This document shows positions 13,229 to 24,540 of a stretch of 64,000 bases of DNA, piece after piece. Location of the stretch: the NCBI GenBank assembly GCA_973895155.1, contig OZ316893.1:6085239-6149238 (forward strand), read 5' to 3'. The notes under the pieces were generated by a model that did not search any database, was not told where the DNA came from, and saw only the letters and a list, made by a program, of their open reading frames with translations. Made by a program: the position numbers and the translations under genes. How positions within the stretch are numbered: position 1 is the first letter of the stretch; each line of letters begins with the position of its first letter. The stretch is from Marsupella aquatica (Eukaryota > Plantae > Marchantiophyta).

Positions 13229-14739
13229 ATGGGGAGATCTGTAGCCCTGGTGCGCCTTCTGCATGAAAATGTGTGCTGGATAATTTCTCCTTCCATGAGC
13301 AGGCTAGTAGTGTCTCAACGAGTCCTTAAACCCTACTCGTCGTCCGTGTTCTCTGAAATTCCGTCCACCTTCTCTTCAGCCTCCGGAAGTGCAATGTCCG
13401 AGGAGGCTCGCCTGAAGTCTTTGGCGGATCTGAGACGAAAATACGAAGAGCAGACATCCGTGCTGAGGAAAAAATACGCTGCCGATATCCAGGCGAAGAG
13501 ACTACAGAAGATGAAAATTGAGGAGGAGCAGAGGAAGGAAATCAAGGAGCAGGTGGCTGTAAGAGCGGCCGCTAAGAAGGAACGAACTGCCGCTCGTGCA
13601 ATTGTAGTGGCAGAGGAAGAGGAGGAACTTCAAGCTTTTTTGGTGCGTTTATTCATTCTTGTCTCGGAAAAAATATGGAACACTCTGTGGTGCACTTTAT
13701 AATGTAATCTGGTCAATAACCGTAAGACAGTCTGCATTTGGGATTGGTCTGCTTTAGATGTATGGAAAGCGAATCTAGATGTCGAACTCAAATGGACTAG
13801 GAACGTAAAGGTTTAGGTTTGGATGCTCGTCGCAAATTCGTGAATCTCTCTCTCTGGCCCCCCCGCCCCCCCCTGGATTTCTAGTGGATGCGTCCCTTTC
13901 TCGCTTCAGTAGCCTTTGTCTCATTTGTCCCTGATCGTAGAAGTAGGAGTTTATCACGTGTATGATGAATGGGAGTCTCCTTTTGCTTGCTTGTGGGTGT
14001 GTATTTCCTGTCTATTTCATTAATGGTTAGTCTTTCTGACCAGATGGCACAAACTTGTGTGGTAGACTTTAAGTCCCGGTCTACTCTTCTATAGTCGATG
14101 GATTCGTCCGAGTCTCTCCATTTACAATTTTTGGCAATTTTATTTACACCTGAGCTAGTACATTTTGGCCAAGACCGCAATCTTCTCTGTAGTGAATAGT
14201 TTATTTTCACAAGTCATTGATGTGCTTGGTGCTACCGCTAGGCGTATCCGCTGTTCTCAGTTCTGTACTTATCATGTGCAAAATTCGTGCGATTAAGTCA
14301 GTGGTAAGCTTGAAGTGTAAACTTAGTCTTCTGAGGGACTTGGTCTTCTGAGCACAGAGTGTAGTTCTTTTTATAACAGTTTTGATACTGACTTCTGTGA
14401 AGTTCCTAATTTTATTTGGGGTCTGAAGCATCCTCTGTCTTTACTAGGTTCACCTCATGAGGTTCATTTCCATAGAAGCTGACTTCTCTGACGATTGTAC
14501 TGCAGAAAGAGCAAAGAGAAGAGAGTGCGCGCCAAAGGGCCCGAGTGGAGGGAAGACAGGGTTACATACGATTCAAAAGAATGGAAGCTATACGCAGGCA
14601 GAGCTCCATGTGGATTGAACAAAAGGATCTAGAGAGGAGGATTTTAGAGGCTATAGCCAATCCTTACCATTTGGCAGGGTCTGTGGGTGTGGAGTCCCTT
14701 GATAGAGATGATTCGTACTATGAGGCCGACGAAGCCTAA
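13229..14739 (+). CDS. Coiled-coil protein with N-terminal transit-like peptide; probable mitochondrial ribosomal protein mS26-like (2 exons, 215 aa)
   Basis: Exon 1 13229-13642 (donor GTGCGT) and exon 2 14506-14739 (acceptor TGCAG) join in phase 0; Ser/Arg-rich N-terminus; E/K/R-rich coiled coil; C-terminal RRQSSMWIEQKDLERRILEAIANP resembles the mS26 family tail. Confidence 0.75.
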
Positions 14740-15269
14740 TGCTTTAGGTTTTACTGTCAGAGATTTCGAGATCTCTAAGCAGGATTTGGTTGCTAGTTCT
14801 CGCCAATCTGTTTAACAAGGCGATACTTTCAGTCGTTGAAATGGCCGCAGCTGCTGTAAGCCATTCGGTTCAGAGAATGAGTTCCCCAATTTGTTTGAAA
14901 ATGTGGGGATCAAGTTTTGCTCCTGGAGGAATAGCCAATATGTTCATAACTGTTGCAGTCTCCTCGATGGGTGAACAAGTAGTTTGAATAGTGTCTATTA
15001 GGGAAGACGCTTTGAGCCGTTGACTAAGGAGATTTACACCTTTATGGAAACTAGATGCCAAAGTTTTGTTCAGTTTGGGTGTAAGTGATTGTCATTTTTT
15101 GGTCCATGAAGGAATCCTTAATGTATTACACGGGTGAGCTTGAGTGCCTAAATGAAACACCTCCGGCCGCCTACTGAAATGAGACAAGAGCTGACGACTG
15201 TTCTGGATATGGTCGCCACTTTTCCTCCTCGATGATCACGACACACGTTCGGACAAATTATTCCAAGAA

Positions 15270-17450
15270 TTCCAAATTCCTCCATTTGCTTTCCTTTCTC
15301 TTCTTTTTCTGCCCTCAGGCATGGAGGTGGGGTGCCCTAAACGTGGAGGTAGTCCCTATTACACGCCACTTACGGTCCAGATGTCCCCAATGCTTGACAT
15401 GATTTGAGCGCCAACAGATGACCTTGTCTCTTTCATGTGTGTGTGGCAAGAAGAGGAAACCTGAAGGAATTTGGAAAGAGTGTAACTGCGATTCATTATT
15501 ATTCCCTCCAATACATAAACAACAGAAGATATGTTTTGGGTCCTCTTTCGTGATGATTTTTAGTCCCAGCAGGTCAAAGTTATCCCAAATTGTTTTTATA
15601 AAACATGGAAATACCCTCTCTGGAAAGCATGCCAGGTTTTTTTTTCCACATATTTTTTTCCCCTCATGACTTGGATAGCTTATAATCATTAGGTGGGTTA
15701 GTTTCCATTCCGTCTTATGCTTATGCTGTTTCCCCTGTTTTGTAAGCTACAGAGTAACACCTGTGTGCCAAGATTTTAAGCCCAGAGAGATCTCCATAGA
15801 TTTGAGCAGAAAATCCTGAGGAGAAAGTCCTGTGAAAAGGATTTTATGCTTTTCCTGATTTCGAGTATTATGCAGCTGGAACTCAGTAGGGCTTCTCCAT
15901 CCACAGCGCAAGGGGGTTAGCTCAATCAGCACCCTCCACCAGGCGGGAGCATCCTTCAAGTCATTGCAACCGCTGTTGGCTGTCAACAATGGTAATGTCA
16001 TACGTTGCCCTAATGGGGATGGTAGGGGCAGGTCATGTTCTGGGCTGGTTTCTTGGCACAGTGCTTTGGATTTACAAAATCCAGGCAGCAAATGGTTGCT
16101 CTAAGCTGATTGCTCTGATGATCTGGGACTCAGAACTGTCATTTCGAAAGCCACCAACATTAAAACAGCTTCAAACAACAATTCATGGTTAGAATTCAAG
16201 CGATCTTGTTTAAAAATCAGAGCAAGCTTCAATTCAAGACGTGACATTGACGGAGACAGATTTACGGAGCCCTAGTCTTGGACAGCTCTTGTACATGATG
16301 TCGAGAATTTCACAGTTTCTCTGCGTTTTATAATTCGAGACTACCAAGGTTTAGGGTTATGCATACCAAATGGAAAACGAGTCTTACTGAACGATATCTT
16401 CAAGGTTAAGGTGGAAGCCTTCACACGCTGATGTGGTTTTGCTTTGATATTTGAAAATTCAGGGTACGCAAATCCTCACACTGAAATGCATGTTGAAAAA
16501 GCTTTCTAAGTGGATTTTGGTTTTTCCGTTCAAAGCATGCCGGTGAATATACCTGATGCTTTTCTTTGAGTAGGTTGTACAAGAAGAGTACTACAGTCTA
16601 AAACGAAGTGACAATGTACACAACGAAAGCAATTCTGGGAAACAAGTGGAAAAGAGCACATCAAGGAACGTAAGCAAATCGGCCTATTGATTAAAAAGTT
16701 TACAACAAGGTTCAACTAATAAAGGACTGAACGCTTAAATAACAGATTCTGGTTTAGGTACCTTAAACAAATCGAAAAAAATCTTACGCATCTGGCTTTG
16801 AAAATGAATAAGGAAAGAGCAAAGACCTGTCTGGGATAATTCCTTCGTTCGTAGAATTGCTTCCTGTCTGGAATAATCGTAGAACCCGAGGAAGATCTGC
16901 TCAATTACTCTAGATTTGTGCATAATAGTCCCGATTTCAAGCCATACTCAGCCGGAAGTTGATAGGTCACCACCTCAGTAGTGGGTCAGTAGGGAAGCAA
17001 ATTTGGCAGCATGGACAAGGTTCTCATGTGGAAATCTCTGGCAGCATCCTCCAGGTCATCATTGCCAATGATGACGCTGGCTGTCCCTTATATAATTCCC
17101 TGACCGTCGTACTTTCGATTGATGCTTGGGGACTCGAGTGTCATATTGCGGGTTGGCATGAGATGGAGTGCAAATCTCTCTAGCCACAAAAGCAATGGAG
17201 TGCATACAATAATGAACTCAGGGGCAAAATCGTTTACCTTGAATAGCCTGAATCACATGTGTATGTATTGGTTTATGTTTTATTTGTACAGCTGACGTAG
17301 ATTTAACGTGCGGTCTCCCAAACTCAAATATCACACGACACTAATTTAGGAATCCAGAACTCACACCAAAACGAAAAAATCTGTCACTTCCAAAGTTGGA
17401 CAAGATATTGTTTGCTTGGACTGAATCTGCCCATCAGAAACTATAATAAC
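15270..17450 (+). pseudogene. Decayed plant LRR (RLK/RLP-type) ectodomain pseudogene
   Basis: Frame-hopping translation gives a signal-peptide-like FLHLLSFLFFFCPQAWRWGALNVE, then ISIDLSRKS, GCSKLIALMI, NIPDAF, KNLTHLALKMN, DLSGIIPS, ISGSIL, YNNELRGKI, matching the plant LRR consensus LxxLxLxxNxLxGxIP; many stops and frameshifts. Confidence 0.6.
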
Positions 17451-17599
17451 ATGTTGCGCCTTTTTATGCAGTGGTGGTTATTCAAATGGTTTTCTGGGTA
17501 AAAAAACAAACACTGCAAAAAGTGATTAATATTTGGTGTGAATGAAAAAGTAGATGCACGTTTTTCCAAGTAGAAGAAAAAAGTCAATATCTTCTGTAC

Positions 17600-17850
17600 A
17601 AAGTGCTATCCCTCTACTATCCACGTTATATCATGCTCCTCCCTCAACCATCCATGCTATACCATGCTCCTCCCTCAACCATCCATGCTATACCATGCTC
17701 CTCTCTCAATCATCCATGCCCTACCATGTTTTCCCTCTACCATCCATGTTATATCATGCATGCTACACCATGCAGCTCTCTTCCTTCTACCATTCATGCA
17801 ATACCATATTTCTCTCTTTACCATCCATGGTATATCATTCATGCATACAA
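17600..17850. repeat. Degenerate ~28-bp tandem minisatellite
   Basis: Repeated accatccatgctataccatgctcctccctca variants. Confidence 0.8.
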
Positions 17851-18079
17851 GTGCTCTATAATGATAAGAGTTTAGTTGCAACTATTCTATAGTCAATAAA
17901 TAAGTGCACAATCTAATCAATGAGAGAGAGAGGAGATTAAAAAAAGTGAAAGAAGGGAACCAGAATAAAGTGGGGAGAGCGCAGGGTGTTAAGCTTTGAA
18001 AGGAAAAAAATGATTAGAAAATAAATAAATCATTCTCGCTTTGTTATATTTGGTGGGTCAATGTCGTCTCTCTCTGGAC

Positions 18080-18815
18080 TGATGATATCTTTTACTCGAC
18101 GACATTTTTTATGCAATGAGATCTTTCTAACAAACAAAATCTTTTACACAAGCTACTTTTTGCACCATAATTTTTCTCAACTACATCTTTAGCACAATGT
18201 CATTTATTACACATTGACAACTTTTTATGAACAATACCTTAGTTTTAGTAAATTACATATAATTAACAGCATCTTTTGAGCAACCACGTATTTTACTGAA
18301 TGACATCTTTTGAGCAACCACATATTTTACTTAACGACATTTTTTGCGCAATGGCATCTTTTACTTAACGACATCTTTTGCACAACAACATATTTTACTT
18401 CACAACATTTGTTGAGCAACTACGTATTTTCTTAACGGCATCTTTTCCTTAACGACATCTTTTACTGAATGATATATTTTATTTAACTCAACGACATCTT
18501 TTAGGCAATGACATGTTTTACTTAATGACATCTTTTGAGCAACCACATATTATTTTACTTAATAACATTTTTTGCTTAACGACATGTTTTGCTTAAGTAA
18601 CTATATCTTTTACTTAACGATCTTTTGCGCAATGATTTATTTACTTAAAAATATCTTTTGTGTAACGACATCTTTTACTCAAGAATATATTTTACTTAAC
18701 TACATCCTTTGTGCAATGATTTATTTACTTAACAATGTCTTTTGCGTAACAACATCTTTTACTTAACGACATCTTTAATGCAATGACATGTTTATGCAAC
18801 AACATCTTTTGTGCA
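18080..18815. repeat. AT-rich degenerate tandem array (acgacatctttt-acttaa/gcgcaa units)
   Basis: Many ~16-17-bp units visible; similar motif in opposite orientation at ~59270-59430. Confidence 0.75.
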
Positions 18816-19399
18816 ACGCATGGGGATTGAACTTGTTCTATAGAAAACCCGCTTGCAATTCAAGCGAGTGTTTTGGCCACTAAAACGAGCCCCAGGGTGG
18901 TCAAGCCTTCCTGTCTTGATGTATGCCAGTGGTTTTTGATCGGTGATTTATCACCAAAGACCACGCTCTAAATTTGCACAATTTGCACTGGCTAATCAAT
19001 ATAAAAAATGGAAAAAATTAAAGTACAAAGCACCAAAAGTCCATGGGATCCTAGTAAGTCTCCATTTTTTCTTTTCTAATCTTTAGTTAGTCACATAGTG
19101 GCAGTTGGCTCGGGAGTTGGCTGGTTGGTTGGTACCCTCTTGTTGGCTGGGCCAGATTGCTAGGAGCCATGGCTTGTGAAGTTTGGGCCCAAGCTTCCCT
19201 GTATCATTTTGCTTGGGTTGTCTAGTATTTCCTTGCAGGAGAAATGCTTCTTGGAGGGATGGGACATTCTTGATAATTTACCCACATAAAGCTTGGCCAG
19301 GAATATGCTCCTCGTATTGAACAACAGATGATTTTTAAGCTTGCATTCACTAAGGCTTATGACTGGATGGCACACTCATTCCTGTAGATGGTGCTGTGA

Positions 19400-19580
19400 G
19401 TGATGGTGATTGGCAAACGTGTGATCCGTTTGGTGAAAGGGCTTGCGGAGCAAACTAATCATAAGCCCAAAGTGCACATCAATGGCAGGTTCACTGAACC
19501 TATCACCCTGATGTGGGGCGGAGGATGGGGTAGACCACGCCGGGTGCCCCTCGTACTAGTTCTGTTTCCCGTCACTACCC
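19400..19580 (+). mobile_element. Short degenerate LINE reverse-transcriptase fragment
   Basis: IRLVKGL...KVHINGRFTEPITL resembles the LINE RT segment preceding the QG motif (compare 43107-43700). Confidence 0.45.
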
Positions 19581-19899
19581 TTGGGGATTTCACTTCCACA
19601 AAATTGCACATCATGCTCGACATCATGTGCAATGGGGATTGAAGGAATTTTTGGAGAAGAATATTATGGTCTTTTAAATCTCGGGGAGGTCACTATATGG
19701 AAGGCCATACATCACGTGCAACAGTTTGGGTCATTTATGACCCCCCTAGGTCACTTTCTATAAAATTGCACGACACCAATCATGTGATGACACATGTGCA
19801 TTTTGCAATTAAACCACCCTATATTTTCATTGAAGACTTAATAAATCTTCCGCCAAAACCATTTAAATGGTCAACCCTAGACTTTGTCGCACGTGATAT

Positions 19900-19992
19900 G
19901 CCCTTGAGTTTTAAATCCAAGTTTATGACCCCCCTAAGTTTTAAATCTAAGTTTTTAGAAGTGACCCCCTGAGTTTTAAATCCAAGTTTTGA
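19900..19992. repeat. Three-copy ~30-bp tandem repeat
   Basis: ccc(c/t)t(g/a)agttttaaatc(c/t)aagttt x3. Confidence 0.8.
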
Positions 19993-20137
19993 GACTTTAT
20001 TATAAAAACCTTAAGGTCTTTAAGTTAAAAATAATATATTCTTGCATTTTAGGGGTTGAAGGCCTAAAAATGTAGCAAGTGACGGGGATGTCTCCATATA
20101 GTGATCCCGGAGTCACTACCCAACCATTAGAAACTGG

Positions 20138-20482
20138 TGTTAGGCATTTACTCTTTAGTCTAGAGTTACAACTGTTACCATAGTTAGAGCTAATCGTAGT
20201 TGCGGGCTTGGTTAAGCTAGTCATGTTGCACACTATATCAGAAACAATGTTTGCTTGAATAGTAAGAACCTAAGCTCATGTTAGGGAGCTAGTTGAAAGA
20301 AAAGGAGATCTTTTGTTGAAGAGACTTAGTATGGCCAACGGGCCTAGAGTGCAATAAAACTCTAGCATTGTGCTCCCATGGACATAACCTCAATTGAAGT
20401 GAACCACATATCTTTCTATGTCAATTACTTGTGTGTTGGATGATTATGGGCTTGCCGTTGTGAATGTAGTCTTTACTCAACA
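20138..20482 (+). mobile_element. Solo LTR of the same copia family as 34493-40374 (older, diverged)
   Basis: TG...CA termini (tgttagg...ctcaaca), 345 bp; colinear with the reverse complement of 34493-34836 (ggagctagttga, ggcctagagtgca, gtgaaccac, tgggcttgccgtt); flanks actgg/actag are a near-perfect 5-bp TSD. Confidence 0.88.
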
Positions 20483-21940
20483 ACTAGCTTTACTCGAGCA
20501 TGAGCTAGGGGAACTGCAAGCTTAAACAGGGGTTTTGCATGAAATGTTTAGGTAGGTAACACCACAAATTTACTGAAACTATTTTTTGCCTCTATCTTTT
20601 TTGGAATATCCTAATGTATTCTCAAATTTAGTTTGTAATACCCTATCTTTTCTTGTGATTCTTACTTTAAGCGGGGAGGGCGTGGGGTGCCACTCAAATA
20701 TTCCCAACCCACCACAAACCAAATAATTAAGAAGAGAGTTTTAAAATTTATTTAGACTTAAAATTAGAGATTTATTTAGAACTAGATTAAAGTATTTGAA
20801 TCCAATTTTGAGTCTTATAATGAAAAATAGCCAGGTTTTACACACAAATGCGATATTCCAATCTGAGTATTCCAAATTAATGAAAGTGAAGCCCAGATGG
20901 ACCACCCAAATGTGGTCCACAGAAGTTTTGGGTAATAACTTGATGATTATGTGTCATTAGAAAAATAGTTTTGCACCTACAAGGCAACAGACTATTGTAG
21001 AGAAGATGAGTCTACCTTAAAAAACGCAAGCCCAAATAATTCATATTAACACAGTGAAAATTAGTTCTATAGAATTTACCCCTCTTGATTTCATGATCAA
21101 TAAGTGGGCCAAAAATTCACTTTCATTTACTTTGATGGTAGTGTCATTTACCTACTCCTCTAGCACAATCATCCTCAAAACTAAAAAATACTTGAAATTA
21201 CTAACATCAAATTATCACAATAAGTGAAATGTGGTGGATAGGAGCATCATGTAAAATTTGGGAATTGTGGTCCATTTGAGCATCATGGAGCATCGGTGAA
21301 TAAAAATTAAAATAAGCTGAAAGTGCAATGCATCAAGTCATCAACGCCAGATCTTGAAAATGCACATGGAGAAGTACTATTCTTGTATCATGTCAGTGAA
21401 TTGTCAGTATTAGGGGGTCTCAAATATCGGCCCGGGACATTTTAGCGGCCGGCCGAGTTAGGTTCGGGTGGACACGGCTGAAAAGTGTGCGGCACACCCT
21501 TAGCCTAGCCCGCACACACCTCCCGCGGCGATTTACCGTTGCCCGGGACTGATACTTTGAAACGGTCGACTGGCCGTAATTTTGAACTAAAGTTGCATCT
21601 CGCGACTTTCTTCTCCAACGTCGGGCCATCCTCACAGAAGGACGACCACCATAGCTTGTGCTGCGACTATGCACAGATACAAGGGAGCTTGGCGACGCGA
21701 GTGTGTCATCGCCTTGATTCTCAACATTCATCGGTAGGAGTGGTGATTGCGCAAGCTTGCGTACGTGGAAGAAGAAACCAAATCCACAACTCAGTGGGCC
21801 TCTCGTGACATCAAATTTGGTGAGTTCATATTTCCATTGCGGTGTAGTTGAAAGCCACTAGCACTGGATTCCAATTCTCAACGAGAATACATGTGAAGGG
21901 CCGGCATGTCTGAGTTCAATTTTTGTTTTCACAGGAAGAT

Positions 21941-22600
21941 ATGGGAGAGTGGACCTGTCTCTCTGAGGTCGATGATAGTATGGACAGAGGCGACAACTCG
22001 ACCTTCCCTCCCGCATTAGTGTGGCTAATCAACTACATTGCTCCTAATCCGTATCCTCGCAAATTTGTGTACAATGCCTGCTCGCATAGACTATCAAACG
22101 GTAGGATTTGTTCCAAATCCTTGGAATTTGGGCCCTGTTCCACGCATACTTCCGGCCCTCTGCTGAAGTTTAGGTTTAAGGTCATCATATTTGATGCCAT
22201 CCATGGAGGCACGCCCCCTCTCCATGTCAACCTATGGGATGATGCATCGGTGCTCCTTGGATGCAATGCCGAGGAATTTAGTACTTGTACTGAGAGACAA
22301 CAAATTGCTTATTTGGATGCACTCATGCAAAGCACTCCGAGAGCAAAGGTGCTTTTGAGAACTACGGACAAGGGAATCACAATACAGCATTTGACTTTGT
22401 TGAATGCTCCGCAAATCCCTATGCCTATTACGTTACACTGTTGCGGGAGTCCAGAATCTGGAAGTAGTTCTTACCAGACACCGACTAAAAGCAAGTGTAC
22501 TCCTGCAAAAACAGGCACTTCTACTCGGGGTTCTACTAAGAAATTGTTGGAGGAGCTCTCCAAGGCTATTAGGAGTGTAGATTTAGGTGATGAGGACTAG
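21941..22600 (+). CDS. Transposon-borne RPA1 C-terminal OB-fold / zinc-ribbon-like protein (219 aa)
   Basis: Open ORF; FVYNACSHRLSNGRICSKSLEFGPCSTH...FRFKVIIFD...VNLWDDASVLLGCNAEEF parallels RPA70 DBD-C (Y-x-AC...C-x-K...C-x2-C...RY-x-L...I-x-D...T-x-F...A-x2-LLG-x2-A-x-E); upstream intron 21820-21934 (GTGAGT...TTTTCACAG). Confidence 0.7.
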   Translation: MGEWTCLSEVDDSMDRGDNSTFPPALVWLINYIAPNPYPRKFVYNACSHRLSNGRICSKSLEFGPCSTHTSGPLLKFRFKVIIFDAIHGGTPPLHVNLWDDASVLLGCNAEEFSTCTERQQIAYLDALMQSTPRAKVLLRTTDKGITIQHLTLLNAPQIPMPITLHCCGSPESGSSSYQTPTKSKCTPAKTGTSTRGSTKKLLEELSKAIRSVDLGDED

Positions 22601-22787
22601 CTTTCATTCAGGGCGTAGGACTAACAGTTCTGTGTACTACTATAGGTTCTGTGATATATGTATCCACGATCATGATATATTTCAAATGAAAATCACCTTT
22701 TCCAGTTCTGATTGTAATTGCGTATGTTGAAAGAGTGTTGTATGTGCTCCCTTGCAGTGTCGGGGTGAAAATTGCCATTCTCAAATC

Positions 22788-24274
22788 ATGCCAAAGGTCT
22801 CAAATCGCCAACAATGTCTGAAATGGGCTCGAGAACAACTTTATTTGAGTATCATGATGGAAAGCTCTACTGACAATGATGGCATGAGTGGGTCCTCTGA
22901 TTCCTCCTCTCAGAGTAGTGGCTTCATCACCTCAAATAGTGATATTGCTGATGCTGACTCATCTTCAGATTCAGATGATGGAATAACAAGTGATCCCACT
23001 GATCTGAATGCAAAACCATCCCAGTGGCTGGACTTGTATGCTCTGTTGGATAGCGAGAGGTACTATGAGAAAAGATCTAAAACTCCTCGAGCTAAGGAAT
23101 TTGCTGACACATTTTTTCGAACAATCCTCCCCCAGAGTGACTTCCGGCAAATTTGTAGGATGGATAAAGACGCTTTTTTTGGCCTCCTGGCCTTGATTGA
23201 ATTGAATCCTATTTTCTTGAACAATTCACATCATCAACAGGCCCCAGTCTCACTTCAACTAGCCACCTGTTTAGATAGGTTGGGACATACAGGAAATGGA
23301 GTTTGTTTGAAGAGAACTCTGCTTCTTTGGGGTGTCAGTATTGGATCCTGTGTGAACTACACAAGTAGATGCATCACTGCCTTGGAGTGTGCCCTTACTG
23401 ATTTGCTCAAATGGCCGGATAGGATTGAGCGAAGTCAGATATCACAGGAATTTTCAAAGAAGGGCTTCCATGGGTGCGTAGGCCTGATTGACAGTACTAC
23501 CCTGCCATTGACACAATGTCCCAAAAATCACGGGGAGTGTTACTTTGACAGGAAATCAAGATACTCCATCAATGCACAGGTAGTTTGCGACCATAAGAGA
23601 AAAATAACTTACCTCAGCGCAGGTGAGGACCATTATTGTTTTTCTTTGCATGATTTATGTATTACTCTAAATTTATGAATTGTAACTTGCTCATGTTTTG
23701 AAGTGCAATGACAGGAATGCCGGGGTCTTGTTCAGACATCACAGTCTTGAAGAGGAACATCCTTTGGCAGAAAATTCATGGAAACTCTGCATTTGATGAA
23801 GGCCAGTATCTCATTGGGGATTCAGGTTATGTGAATGCACCTCACATGGTGGCAGCTTACAAAAATACATTTGGACAGAAGGACAAAGAGGATTGGAATA
23901 CATGTATTGCAAAGACTAGATATGTGAACGAGCATTGCATCGGGGTTCTCAAATCGCGTTGGTTTTCTTTGAAAGAGATACGCACACAGCTTAATGGGAA
24001 AAAGGATAATGTGTGGATGTGCCGTTGGATTCGTGCGTGTGCGCTACTGCACAACTATGTTTTAGGACAAAGGGATGAGTGGACAGAAGCTGAAATGTCT
24101 GCATGGCCACCTGGCCCTCCTGAAGAGGATGATAGACATGTAGGCGGAAACATACATTCTGACATTGCCAGGAGTAGGAGGGCAAGAGCAGCTGGTACAA
24201 GGTTACAGAGGGCAGTCATGGCTCGTGTGTTGCAGCTGAACAGGCAGCCAGGTGGATCCTTGTGGGAGGCCTGA
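22788..24274 (+). CDS. Harbinger/PIF-type DDE transposase (2 exons, 464 aa)
   Basis: Exons 22788-23622 and 23715-24274 (GTGAGG...ACAG); motifs FRQICRM, QLATCLDRLG, GLIDST (D1), YSINAQVVCD, GMPGSCSD, GDSGY (D2), RYVNEHCIGVLKSRW (E), CALLHN; no stops. Confidence 0.93.
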
Positions 24275-24540
24275 CTACGCAAGTCTCAAATTTGCAGAGT
24301 GGGTACATATTTGCAAATTAAATAATAGAATAGTGCTCAGTGACAGCAAGATGACTATGCAAGGTGACCTAAGTGTCGTTTGTAAATGTATTACCACTTT
24401 CAAATAAAGTCGATCATTGTATTTACGCAAAATAATAATGATCAAATCCTACATTTGATTCTCATTGCTCAAAAATTGCACATGTACATTCTACGTTCAC
24501 GTCTACTACCACTACTTCTTGGTGCAACGAACATGAATAG

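Noticed and set aside
15910-15945. Partial miR390/TAS3-like site (ctgattgagcta) on the minus strand
   Set aside because: Only about half the site matches, no second site or tasiARF; the region is better explained as LRR pseudogene
18818-18890. B-box-like gttcaatcc on the minus strand (possible tRNA/SINE)
   Set aside because: No cloverleaf, tail or TSD found
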